NCBI GenBank assembly: GCA_049903315.1
Contig: JBNGBT010000003.1
Location: 32,001 to 96,000 of the forward strand
Length of the DNA stretch: 64,000 nt
DNA from: Candidatus Cloacimonadota bacterium
GTDB taxonomy: Bacteria > Cloacimonadota > Cloacimonadia > JGIOTU-2
Direction: 5' to 3'
In this document: positions 21,015-30,861 of the stretch, in pieces
How the letters are laid out: the number at the start of each line of letters is the position of its first letter
Numbering within the stretch: position 1 is the stretch's first letter
Notes under the pieces: model-generated
What the model was told of the DNA's origin: nothing
The model's database searches: none
The model's input: the letters and a program-made list of their open reading frames with translations, nothing else
Program-made: the position numbers and the translations under genes

Positions 21015-22178
21015 TTATTGTTTTGAAAGTAAATAGAGCGTGGAAAATGCAGAAACAAGATATAATAAGTCTTTCAGGAAATCAATTGAGCCTTTCCATG
21101 CCTTGAAAAGCCAGGTCTTTCTTTGCTCTGGCACATAAATTGTCTCACCGGCCCCGACAAATGGAATATCCTGGAAGTTCTTGTTTTCAATAAATTTTTC
21201 AAGATCCACTACTTTTGACCTGTAATTTCCATCTTTTAATTTTTTAACTAAGAAAATATGTTGTAGGTCTGCGCTTGTAGTCGTGCCCCCTGCAGAAATT
21301 AGAACATCGAGAAGGTTGCTGCCCTTAACCGGTTCTAACATGCTGGGATTTCGAACCATTCCTGCAACCCGGATCTTCTCTTCTGTATCAGTTTCAAGTT
21401 TTTCTTGAGGAGGTGTGTATGCACCAAGTGTTCTTTTTATTGAACCCAAGCGAGGTGTCATTGGCACAACGATGATGTCTTTTGATTTTATTTGTGGTAA
21501 TATATTATAGTCCGTAGACGTAAGAAAGGTGAACATGTCCACCAAAATGGTCTTCTGTTCAGCCGATTTCAGATTATACATTGTTCTATACAAGTTAACT
21601 TCATTAAGAATTGAACCATCAATCATGCCGCCGGCAGCAACAAAAGCTCCCTGTATACCAGCATTTTCTGGTAATAGATACCATCCTGGGGTGACCACAT
21701 ATCCTAATACCTGAATGTATTTCTTTTTTTCTTTTATCTGAACTTGAACGTCGTCCTGCTTTCTCAAATAGAGCGGCAGGCTGAAGAATATTGATTTTTC
21801 CAACTCTCCGATAGTGAGCCCTTCTGCCATGAAATTACCGAGTTTTGGAAGTGTAATATATCCTTCAAAGTTAACTTCATATGTGCTGAATTCTTTTTCA
21901 TCAGGCAATTTAATTATAAGGATATCACCACCGGTAATATAATAGGTTCGTTCTTCAGCAGACAAAAAATCAAGGTTGCCATCTTGAAATTGAAGAGATT
22001 TAAATACTTCTGCACTAATCGGAGGATTTAGTCTGCTGAGGCTTAAGGTCACAATACCAGTATCGTCATCAAGAACATCAATACCATCTTTCTGTGACGA
22101 CACCTCTATACCTCCGGCATAAAGCATGCTTGCAAACAACAAAACAGCTATAAAAGAAATCAGGTATTTTTTGGGCAT
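21015..22178 (-). CDS. Polysaccharide export protein with SLBB domains (Wza/SypC-like)
   Basis: Signal peptide; GDIL, G.ITLP.LG, SLBB repeats VLGYV..PG...AAGG and VAGMV.NP...SAGG, C-terminal amphipathic helix. Confidence 0.88.
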   Translation of the reverse strand: MPKKYLISFIAVLLFASMLYAGGIEVSSQKDGIDVLDDDTGIVTLSLSRLNPPISAEVFKSLQFQDGNLDFLSAEERTYYITGGDILIIKLPDEKEFSTYEVNFEGYITLPKLGNFMAEGLTIGELEKSIFFSLPLYLRKQDDVQVQIKEKKKYIQVLGYVVTPGWYLLPENAGIQGAFVAAGGMIDGSILNEVNLYRTMYNLKSAEQKTILVDMFTFLTSTDYNILPQIKSKDIIVVPMTPRLGSIKRTLGAYTPPQEKLETDTEEKIRVAGMVRNPSMLEPVKGSNLLDVLISAGGTTTSADLQHIFLVKKLKDGNYRSKVVDLEKFIENKNFQDIPFVGAGETIYVPEQRKTWLFKAWKGSIDFLKDLLYLVSAFSTLYLLSKQ

Positions 22179-22312
22179 CTATAGAACTCCGCATTTATTT
22201 CATATCTGATGAAATATTTGTCAACTATATTAATATATTATGTACTATTAATATAAGTTTTATACACCGATAAAATGGATATTCTCTCTTTCTTGACATA
22301 CTTTATTTTTGG

Positions 22313-23179
22313 GTGATGAAAGATGTCATGAAACCAAAAAAGATCTTCATGAAAATTAAATTTCGAATATTTATTCTTATAAAAGCATTATTACAGCCAA
22401 TCATTTACTCGAACAAGTTAAAAAAGAAACTAATATTTATTATTGCATGTCAACGTTCCGGAACCAGCATTATGGTTAAGGTATTTGAGAAGGATTTTCG
22501 GACAAAAGTATATGAAGATGAACATAGTGCTATTACATCCGAAGATACTAATAACTTCATCCGTTTTAATTCTTTTGAATCACTCTCTAAGATATTCAAA
22601 AAAGTCCATGCTAAAATAATTATTACAAAACCACTAGTTGAGTTACAGAATATTCTTTCTTTTTTTACATTTTTCCCCGGCTCGGGAGCAATATGGATAT
22701 ACAGAAATTATAAAGATGTTGCTTTCTCAAATATTGCACACTTTGGTGTCAAAAACGGTCACAATAACCTGAGACCTATCTTATCGAACGAGCAAAACAA
22801 CTGGCGCTCTCAAAATCTTCCGGTTGAGATCAGAGAAGTTGTTCAAAAATATTTTGATGAAGAGATGAGCTCTTATGATGCTGCCGCTTTATTCTGGTAT
22901 GTCAGGAATGCCTTGTTTTTTGAGTTGAATCTGGATAAAAGAAACGATGTGACCATGTGTAAGTATGAGGATTTTGTGCAAAAGCCAAAAGATAATATGA
23001 GAAGGATTTACAACTTTTTTCAAATTAACTATCCTGGTGACAAGGTCGTGGATGAAGTCCATGCAAGGGCTACAGGGAAAGGTGAGACTTTAGAATTGTC
23101 CGCTCCAATAGCAGGGCTTTGCAAGAACTTGTATCAAAAAATGGAACAAGCTTACAAAGAGTGTTTAGATAAGCAGTAG
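22313..23179 (+). CDS. Sulfotransferase family protein
   Basis: PAPS-binding QRSGTS, IWIYRNYKDVAFS, KYEDFV..P. Confidence 0.82.
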   Translation: MMKDVMKPKKIFMKIKFRIFILIKALLQPIIYSNKLKKKLIFIIACQRSGTSIMVKVFEKDFRTKVYEDEHSAITSEDTNNFIRFNSFESLSKIFKKVHAKIIITKPLVELQNILSFFTFFPGSGAIWIYRNYKDVAFSNIAHFGVKNGHNNLRPILSNEQNNWRSQNLPVEIREVVQKYFDEEMSSYDAAALFWYVRNALFFELNLDKRNDVTMCKYEDFVQKPKDNMRRIYNFFQINYPGDKVVDEVHARATGKGETLELSAPIAGLCKNLYQKMEQAYKECLDKQ

Positions 23180-23201
23180 CAGAATTTTTTTTTATAAAAT
23201 G

Positions 23202-24335
23202 TTAGAACATTCGGCTTAGTTGCCGTGTCGCGTTCCACTGCAAGTCTTTATAATGATCTATTTTGGTTTTAAGGATATTCTGATATAGCTGAATATTATG
23301 GTAGATTTCGTCCAACAAGGATAAGACATTATTCATTTCTACATGATTTGTTTTTATATTAAATTCTTCCATATCCATTGAGAGCATATAATCAAGACAC
23401 TTCGGTCTGTATTCTAGCATAATTGCTGGCGTATAGGCGCAGTGCGCGAGGATTACAGCATGAAGCTTCATGCCAATTAGGACATCACATCCTGAAAGAA
23501 ATTTTAATGTTTTACTAATTGATTTATACCCGTTAAATATTTTGATTGGTTTATTTATCCTTTGCGCTACTTGTGTTATGACTTTCAAGTCTTTTTCCCA
23601 CACTGGAAAGAGTGTGATATTCCATTCTTCTTTTATAAGCTGATTAATCAGTTCTACAATTTGATCGAATAAATTTTCCTCATTTCCCCATATTCTCCCA
23701 CTGCCGGATCCAAAATTAATGGCGAGTAATTTCTTTTTCTGTTTTCTTATTATGCGGTCACCTGATAATGATAAGGCAAGATCTCCAATTATTTCTACGC
23801 GTTCAAATCCACCATCTGCCAGTATTTTTTTTGAAAGAGGTCCTCTTACACTAACATATTCGCATTGTTCGAGCAATTTGATCCAGTTTGCAATATTATT
23901 TTGCCAACCTTCGACATTGTTCCAAAAGAGAGGATTTTTTACTCCACTGCCCAAAGCAAATTTTATTGAATCAGGGTAATTATCAAAAGCTTTGTTAAAT
24001 GTGTCAAAGGAGCCGGGACTATTAATTAATGTACCTCCTCCGAGAGCAACTGCCTGTAATTTTCTAGGTCGTAACTTATCCTCCAGTCGTGGAAAGTTTT
24101 TGATTGTGCTGTAGGGGAATATCTTGTAATTTGAAAACAATTTTTTAAACGAGTAAATCATTGCTTCATCACCAAGGTTATTATGCCCAACCCAGCCGAT
24201 ATACCCGATTGAATTTTGTGATAGACCGGAAATAGTTCGCCAGTGCGATGCGACAAGCCTAAGCAGTTTTATCCGATTAATAACATCCATTTCCATCATC
24301 CAATATTTCCAAGGAGCGTCTATATGTATATGCAC
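23202..24335 (-). CDS. Polysaccharide pyruvyl transferase family protein (true start may be a later Met)
   Basis: GWVGHNNLGDEA, GGGTLI, SVRGPLS, GMKLHAVI. Confidence 0.85.
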   Translation of the reverse strand: MHIHIDAPWKYWMMEMDVINRIKLLRLVASHWRTISGLSQNSIGYIGWVGHNNLGDEAMIYSFKKLFSNYKIFPYSTIKNFPRLEDKLRPRKLQAVALGGGTLINSPGSFDTFNKAFDNYPDSIKFALGSGVKNPLFWNNVEGWQNNIANWIKLLEQCEYVSVRGPLSKKILADGGFERVEIIGDLALSLSGDRIIRKQKKKLLAINFGSGSGRIWGNEENLFDQIVELINQLIKEEWNITLFPVWEKDLKVITQVAQRINKPIKIFNGYKSISKTLKFLSGCDVLIGMKLHAVILAHCAYTPAIMLEYRPKCLDYMLSMDMEEFNIKTNHVEMNNVLSLLDEIYHNIQLYQNILKTKIDHYKDLQWNATRQLSRMF

Positions 24336-24338
24336 TCA

Positions 24339-25847
24339 TTATTTGATTGCTGCCCTGATTATCAGTCTTTCATCTTTACTGAAGAAAAAATTATAGCTGA
24401 TCAATACAAAAAAGATCGTTTGTATAAAAGCGATAGTAAAAATAATTTTATACGAAGTGGTTAAAAAACCTTTTGAGATAAAATGATAAACAAATAATAT
24501 TAAAGCCGGACGAATAATATTTAAAAGAAACTGCGAATAGTAATGTTTGAGGTCAAGTTGCAAAATTCTAGAAATATATATTGGTTGGATGATAAGTTTC
24601 ATTATCATCATAGGAATTGCCGTTCCCATCGCAACGCCGCTGATTCCAAATTTTTTTACTAAAAGAAGGCTTAGTACTATGTTGAAAACACCCTCAACGA
24701 TATTAGAGTAAGCCCAGAATTTGGTCTTTGAAATACCGTATAGAACAGTTTTAGTCGGGAACTGTGCTAAAAATATTACTGTCGAGATGGTTATTATAAA
24801 TAGAACCTGATATGCATCCGAGTAATTTCCCCCCATCCATCTTAATATGAAATCTTTGCCGTAAAATATTATTGAAAGTCCAATAAATACAGCTATATAT
24901 GTAGACAACTTTGTCATGAACATAAATTTATCTCGGATGGATTGATAGTTCCCTGCCCCATCTTCCTGGCTGATGTATGTTTGGAAAATGCCAGTAGCGT
25001 TTGTGAAGAACATTATGAAATAAACGATTAAACGAAAACCCACATTGTAATGAGTAACTGCAGCTAAACCAATGAAGGTTGTTATAACAATAGTGTCTAC
25101 CTTGAAACGCAATGTATCTGCAAGTTGCGCAATGAAAGTGAAGAATGAATATGAAAACAGAGTTTTGAATTTACTCTTATCAAAATATTTTAATCCAATT
25201 TTGATTGAAGGATATTTAAAAATAACGTAAATTACATGGAATGCAGATATAAAAATGTTGCAAATAAAATAAATCCACGCAATACTAATAAGGCCATTAC
25301 CGCTACTTACAACGATAAAGATCAATCCATTTTTCAATATCAGAATGATAATGTTTGCCAGCTTAGAGACCATATAGTTCATATGTGCATTCAAAATTGC
25401 ACCAAACACACTAATGGGGGGCGAGATCGCAGTATTGATGCCCAAGATCAGTATTATTGTCTGAAACTGTTTCAAACTCAATGGATTTTTTACAATTATT
25501 TTCGCGCCGAATATTAAACCTACGGTTAGAAACAGCATCGCCACAGAAACACCAAGATATATAAAGAAAGAGGTGCTTGTTATCTTCGACATGCCCTCTT
25601 CATTTTTTTCACCGATAGCCCGGGCTAGATACCGAACAACCGCGGTACTGAAACCCATTCTCAGAAGAACATAGTAATCAAGGAAAGTCATTACAAGTAT
25701 CCATAAACCATAAGTTTTGTCACCCAGGTTGTGGATGAGGAACGGGAGCATGAAAAACCCAATGATAATTTGAAGCACAACTGAAATGGTTATGAGAATA
25801 GAACCTCTGAAAAGTTTAACGCCACGATTTTTCACTGATGATTCCAT
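24339..25847 (-). CDS. wzx: Wzx-type flippase
   Basis: Multi-TM MOP-family profile: LG...YGLW, AVVRY, D...I..F.G...V..Y, G..G.A.GT. Confidence 0.88.
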   Translation of the reverse strand: MESSVKNRGVKLFRGSILITISVVLQIIIGFFMLPFLIHNLGDKTYGLWILVMTFLDYYVLLRMGFSTAVVRYLARAIGEKNEEGMSKITSTSFFIYLGVSVAMLFLTVGLIFGAKIIVKNPLSLKQFQTIILILGINTAISPPISVFGAILNAHMNYMVSKLANIIILILKNGLIFIVVSSGNGLISIAWIYFICNIFISAFHVIYVIFKYPSIKIGLKYFDKSKFKTLFSYSFFTFIAQLADTLRFKVDTIVITTFIGLAAVTHYNVGFRLIVYFIMFFTNATGIFQTYISQEDGAGNYQSIRDKFMFMTKLSTYIAVFIGLSIIFYGKDFILRWMGGNYSDAYQVLFIITISTVIFLAQFPTKTVLYGISKTKFWAYSNIVEGVFNIVLSLLLVKKFGISGVAMGTAIPMMIMKLIIQPIYISRILQLDLKHYYSQFLLNIIRPALILFVYHFISKGFLTTSYKIIFTIAFIQTIFFVLISYNFFFSKDERLIIRAAIK

Positions 25848-25877
25848 ATGTATTAAGTTCTCTTGCTTATGATCATT

Positions 25878-27089
25878 TTAATGTGAGAACTTTCTCGTTA
25901 CTTTATACTGTATCTTTTTTATAAACGGTTTAAGATCCATGAAATTCAGAATTGCAAAAGTTTTTTTACCCCTAATTGATTTAAGCCATTGCCAGAACGT
26001 TAATGACTCTTGCGGATACCCCATTCTTTTAAATCCAACAAGGGAGAGAGAGAGGTCGTCAATAAGCGAAACCCATGTAATGTTCTTACTCTTGTTCGTT
26101 TTACAGAACGATTCTCCGAAATAATCTTTGTATAATATCAAAGGCAGATTGATTCCCGAGGCTTTAACGGAATAATTCCAAACGCCACTTCGAGGATTGA
26201 TTTCCATGAGCTTGTATTGACCATCTCGTTCATCCTTTTTAAACTCAATATTTGAGATACCATAAAACTTGGCAGATTTTACGAGTTTCCGACTGAGGTA
26301 TAGAATTTGAGGAACATTGTCTATTCGCCCAGAGGTTATTGTACCTGCAAAAGGAGGATCTTGCCGGATCTTATGCCCAATGGAATAACTAATGATCTCA
26401 TGATTTCTATTAGTATAAGATGTTATGGTATAGAGGTTCTCGACACTTCCGGGGATGAATTCTTGTATAATGAGCGGTTTTTCAGAAAAAATGGTCGTTG
26501 ATAATTTTGCCCCAAAGGATAATAATTCTTGTTTCGAGTTTATTATGAGCACTTTTTTTCCAAATACTTCTGTAAATCCGATTGTGACTGAAGGTTTGAT
26601 AATAACAGGAAAACCAAGTTGTTCGGTTATACGTTCAATATTTTGAGTGTTTCTCACTTCATATGTACGAGGTTTTTTTATTCCAATAGTCTCAGCAAGA
26701 GCATACAACTTTTCTTTATTTATTAAGTTTTCAAGAGTTGACCACCTTGAAGTTGGAAAGCAGTAATATTCTTCTAATAGCTCTTGATTTTTGCTTATTG
26801 AAATAAGAAATTTATCACTAGTCGCTATCAAAAAACCTTTATACTTTAATCTTCTTCCGAAATTCATTAAAAATTTTATAAATGATCTGTTGTCTCCGAT
26901 TGGACTGGGGCAAATGAGTCCTGTTGAATACCTTGAATACAATGCCACATCTGGATACTCTTCAAAGACAAAGGAATGAATACCTTCTTCGCCAAAACTC
27001 CTGACAACCCCCAGTCCATTTATACCACCACCCAGGATAATTGGAATGCTTTTATAGATAGAAGCTGTCGGATTTTTTGTCAAATCCAT
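25878..27089 (-). CDS. ATP-grasp carboxylate-amine ligase (D-aspartate-ligase-like)
   Basis: GGGINGLGVVRSFG, IIKPS, IQEFIPG, KIRQ.P, NIEFKKD.RDG.YKLMEINPR. Confidence 0.88.
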   Translation of the reverse strand: MDLTKNPTASIYKSIPIILGGGINGLGVVRSFGEEGIHSFVFEEYPDVALYSRYSTGLICPSPIGDNRSFIKFLMNFGRRLKYKGFLIATSDKFLISISKNQELLEEYYCFPTSRWSTLENLINKEKLYALAETIGIKKPRTYEVRNTQNIERITEQLGFPVIIKPSVTIGFTEVFGKKVLIINSKQELLSFGAKLSTTIFSEKPLIIQEFIPGSVENLYTITSYTNRNHEIISYSIGHKIRQDPPFAGTITSGRIDNVPQILYLSRKLVKSAKFYGISNIEFKKDERDGQYKLMEINPRSGVWNYSVKASGINLPLILYKDYFGESFCKTNKSKNITWVSLIDDLSLSLVGFKRMGYPQESLTFWQWLKSIRGKKTFAILNFMDLKPFIKKIQYKVTRKFSH

Positions 27090-27093
27090 AACA

Positions 27094-28176
27094 TTAAATT
27101 CTTCTATTGAGCAAATTTAATAATTCGTCATTTGATAACTTGCTCAACCCCAAGTTATTTAAATTACGACCGATTTCTCTGAAGTCAGTTTCTAATAACA
27201 TACTCGCCAGATTAATAATTATCTCTGTATAGTTCATGTACAGGCCGAATTTTTTTCCAATGGCTTCAAGGGGAACTAGTCCGGATGGAATATCTTCAAA
27301 AATATATCGGTGATGCAGCGTTTTCGGAGCGTCGATAGTGGCGTATGATTTAACATTTTGGATACATTCATAAATATTTTTACCATCGACACCATAGCTT
27401 CTTTTAAGCCAACCCGTTAAGGGTTCCACAGGAGAGCCTAGTTTATTTGAGACCTCAATCCTCTCATTGTCTAGATGCTGTAGAAAATGGGCGATACTTT
27501 CCGTTATGCCATTATAATAGTATTTAAAATTCGCATGTTTATATTCTATCCAGCCGGCATTCAGTAAAACCGGAGTACAGTGTAGTATCATGCCAACATT
27601 TCCAATGGAAGTAGCAATCATGGAATCGGTAGGCTTGAAAAAATTTTTCAAACATTGAGGTAAGGCTGTCATTATTCGGTTCAGATCGCTTTTTTTTAAT
27701 GTAGAAATGAGAACATCTTTCTTCACTGCAAGAATTGTTGAGGTATCTTCTGCAATTTTACGGCAAGTAAAAACAATCGTCTGGGTTTCGGCAATTATCG
27801 GGAGTGGTGAGTTTGATTCTCTTAAAGTATTCCCAAAAACAAGAGCACCAAATGTCCTGCCGGGATTAAGAATTATTGGGACATCTGGATCGATGTGTTC
27901 CTTCAAGATATTTGCAATGTCCACATGTGAGTTCGCCGGAGTCGTGACCATTATCAGATCAGTATTCTCGATTGCCTGGTTAATATCAGTAGTAACGACA
28001 TCTAACCTTGCTTCTCCCTGTGAGACACCACCTACTTTAATAGTCTTAGTCTTGATCAATTTTTTGATTGTTTTATGTGATCGATTCCATAATCTAACAG
28101 AGAAGCCGTTCATCGAGAGGTATCCGGAGGTTGCCAAGCCTGAATTCCCTGCTCCAATAACAGTAATATTTTTCAT
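27094..28176 (-). CDS. NAD/NADP-dependent octopine/nopaline (opine) dehydrogenase family protein
   Basis: Rossmann VIGAGNSG, LNPGRTFGA, AETQT, NVGMILH, FKYYYNG, HRYIFEDIPSGLVP. Confidence 0.9.
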   Translation of the reverse strand: MKNITVIGAGNSGLATSGYLSMNGFSVRLWNRSHKTIKKLIKTKTIKVGGVSQGEARLDVVTTDINQAIENTDLIMVTTPANSHVDIANILKEHIDPDVPIILNPGRTFGALVFGNTLRESNSPLPIIAETQTIVFTCRKIAEDTSTILAVKKDVLISTLKKSDLNRIMTALPQCLKNFFKPTDSMIATSIGNVGMILHCTPVLLNAGWIEYKHANFKYYYNGITESIAHFLQHLDNERIEVSNKLGSPVEPLTGWLKRSYGVDGKNIYECIQNVKSYATIDAPKTLHHRYIFEDIPSGLVPLEAIGKKFGLYMNYTEIIINLASMLLETDFREIGRNLNNLGLSKLSNDELLNLLNRRI

Positions 28177-28979
28177 TTTTGCCTTTGCATTTCAAAATTT
28201 TTATTAAAAACAAAGAAGGTATTTCCGTCATGGTCCTTGAAGAATTTGTCCAGAAATTGTGAAAGAAACAAAAGGAGTTCATTAAACCAACGGAATAATA
28301 TACTATTATTTGCCATAAGAATATCAGAGCTGAAAAATAATTTGCCGATCGGTTTAATGATTCTATATCGACATTTATTATAAAATGGAAAGATTATGGT
28401 ATTTTTGTGATGTAATTTCAGATTGTTTTTGTTAAACAGTTCGATATAATCCTGCTCTGTCCTCCTGAACCATTTTGAGCCACTGAAGGATTCAATCCCT
28501 GTGGCCTCAAATAGTAATATTTTTCCAGAATATGTTAGACGATTTGATAGGACCTCAAGCACGTATTTGATTTGTTTGTCAGTTAAATGGGCAAAAACTG
28601 CAAAAATGTATATTATATCAAATTTCGTATGTGCAGGGAATTTGGCAGAAAAAGTAATTTTTCTTTTATGGGCTGAACCTCTTTTTTTCTTTGCTCTTTT
28701 TATCATGCTATGTGCCACATCATAACCCCAGACAGAACAGTTGCTCAGAAGGTTTCTCGTGTAGATAGAATAGAATCCGTCACCGCATCCGAAGTCCAAT
28801 ACTGTTATGTTGTGGCTTTGTTCACTATACTCTGAAATTTCTTTTCCGAGCAGATTGAGTAATACCTTTCTGCGTTGATAGTAATAAGGGATTGGGCTGA
28901 TAGTATAAAAATCTTCTCCCCTGTAATAATATTTTCTTTTTCCTCGGTTTTCCCAATATTCTCTGTTAAAATTAATCAT
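28173..28979 (-). CDS. Class I SAM-dependent methyltransferase
   Basis: VLDFGCGDG, FDII, L...GKILLFE. Confidence 0.85.
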   Translation of the reverse strand: MINFNREYWENRGKRKYYYRGEDFYTISPIPYYYQRRKVLLNLLGKEISEYSEQSHNITVLDFGCGDGFYSIYTRNLLSNCSVWGYDVAHSMIKRAKKKRGSAHKRKITFSAKFPAHTKFDIIYIFAVFAHLTDKQIKYVLEVLSNRLTYSGKILLFEATGIESFSGSKWFRRTEQDYIELFNKNNLKLHHKNTIIFPFYNKCRYRIIKPIGKLFFSSDILMANNSILFRWFNELLLFLSQFLDKFFKDHDGNTFFVFNKNFEMQRQK

Positions 28980-30837
28980 GTTTTACCTCATCTAGTTCCT
29001 TGAGCCTTTCTAGTCTTCGAGTTATTCCAAGTTCCTTACCGTTTTTGTCTACAACTCTGGTGCTTCCATCAATAAATCCTGTTTTCCAGTTTATTGCATT
29101 TGGAAATTCTTCTCGACATCCCCAAAGAAATGGAACGGGGAAATAGCCCTTTCTAAAGATTTCATAGAAGCCGTTTGCTGAATATGGATTTATGATATTT
29201 GTTTCTATGTCACGAATAAGGATCCAGGCTCTGTTCATTAAATCCTCAAATTTTTCCTGCATCAATTTATTATCAATAAAATCACGTATGTTATTTAATT
29301 CTCGATAGTGAGGATAATGTTTGATTGAACTTTTGGTAATTCTAATACTTTCGTTTATAATTTCCGGATTTGCGAGAAACAACGCCTCAGAATAACTTAC
29401 AACATGGATAATTTCGGGGGAGTCTGATTTATTATACTCCACATCGCTCATAAGTGCTGTGACAGCAGACAATTGTCTCTTTGCTTTTTCTAAATCTGGT
29501 GATAGGTAATTTAATCCTGCTCGAGGTTGATAAATCACCTTGAATGCCTTATCTTCAAGTGTTCTCACGGTTTTTAATAAAACTCGTGCTCTGATCAGGT
29601 CTGCCAGTCCGGATGTAAACTTCGGTGTATTTAACATGTTCTGTAAAATCAAGAATCTTATGCCGGACTTTTTTGCCATTTTTGCAGCAATGTATGTAGC
29701 AGCAATATAGGTCACATCATCACCTCCGCGAAAGGCAAAATGATGGGGAACGTTTGGTTCAAAAGGTTTTCCGGTTTTTGCTATGAATTTCAGCGCGTCG
29801 AAATGCTGGGTAAGATTTTCTTTCAGTGTGAGAGGACCTCTACCATCCAATTGATTGAACCACCAGAAAGAGAGAGCGTGCCAAGCCATATTAAGATTTT
29901 TTTCAAGGATTTTTGCCATTGTTTCGACCTTGTTTGTTCCAGAATATGACCTAGTAAGCATTGGAAGAGAATCAGACCAGATGGCTTTTAATTCAAACTC
30001 GGAATTAACAGGAATGCCGCCACCATTTGGTCTGTCTCCCCAATTTTCTCCGAAGTTTGATTGGCTGAGTTGTGATGAACCAACCGATACAATATCTAAT
30101 AATTTGCTCTTCGAAAGCTCTTTTAACCAATCAGAAAATAACGCTAAAGCTTCTTCACGTTTTTTTATATAAGGACCGATATGACATCTTATCAAGGGTA
30201 GGAGGCCATTTTTTTTTGCATAGGACAGCCTATCGATTAGTGTGTCATCTCTCTGCCCAAAATGGGGATAATTATATTCATTGGTAGCAATGGATTTGTG
30301 ATGAAGACCTTGCGTGATCAGCTCATTTCCAAAACCGTATAATATTTTATCATATTGAGATTGTTGTTTATAGGTTTCAGGAATCCTTGCTGATGGAACG
30401 TGGAGTTTCTCAAGAACTTCTGTTATTTTTTCATCACCCATAAACGTAGTAAATCGTCCGTTAAATCGTTGCTCAATCAGATCACAGGCATCTTTTAAAC
30501 CTGCAAAAAACATATTGTCAGCAAGTTTACAATTTTGTGAATGTAGAATTTTACTAGTGTCGATCTTGTGAACCAACGTGCAAAAAATGTCAGCCCCTTC
30601 ATATGGATCGAGCCTGTAACTAAAACCTAAATGAGTTATTCGGTTTTTTAATATCCAATCTTCAATCAACCCGAAGTGTTGATTGCTCGATATTTTGCTT
30701 ACCGCATCTGAAATAAGCTCATTTCCAATGATTACATCGAATCCGCATTGTTCTAGAATTTGCGATATAGTGATAATACCCAAAGTGTGAGCATCGACAC
30801 TTGGCTTGATAATACCAAATCTATAATTATTTTTCAT
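28972..30837 (-). CDS. Cobalamin-binding protein, fused B12-binding domain plus mutase-like barrel (glutamate mutase-like)
   Basis: DxHxxG motif DAHTLG, GFSYRL, FFAG in the N-terminal Rossmann domain; NGGG.P and IIHVVSYSEA in the C-terminal domain; no CxxxCxxC. Confidence 0.8.
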   Translation of the reverse strand: MKNNYRFGIIKPSVDAHTLGIITISQILEQCGFDVIIGNELISDAVSKISSNQHFGLIEDWILKNRITHLGFSYRLDPYEGADIFCTLVHKIDTSKILHSQNCKLADNMFFAGLKDACDLIEQRFNGRFTTFMGDEKITEVLEKLHVPSARIPETYKQQSQYDKILYGFGNELITQGLHHKSIATNEYNYPHFGQRDDTLIDRLSYAKKNGLLPLIRCHIGPYIKKREEALALFSDWLKELSKSKLLDIVSVGSSQLSQSNFGENWGDRPNGGGIPVNSEFELKAIWSDSLPMLTRSYSGTNKVETMAKILEKNLNMAWHALSFWWFNQLDGRGPLTLKENLTQHFDALKFIAKTGKPFEPNVPHHFAFRGGDDVTYIAATYIAAKMAKKSGIRFLILQNMLNTPKFTSGLADLIRARVLLKTVRTLEDKAFKVIYQPRAGLNYLSPDLEKAKRQLSAVTALMSDVEYNKSDSPEIIHVVSYSEALFLANPEIINESIRITKSSIKHYPHYRELNNIRDFIDNKLMQEKFEDLMNRAWILIRDIETNIINPYSANGFYEIFRKGYFPVPFLWGCREEFPNAINWKTGFIDGSTRVVDKNGKELGITRRLERLKELDEVKHD

Positions 30838-30861
30838 ACAGTATCCGAATCATCATAATAT

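Noticed and set aside
25878..28176. Staphylopine/pseudopaline-type metallophore pathway
   Set aside because: No nicotianamine-synthase-like gene, dedicated exporter or metal importer adjacent; the context is glycan biosynthesis.
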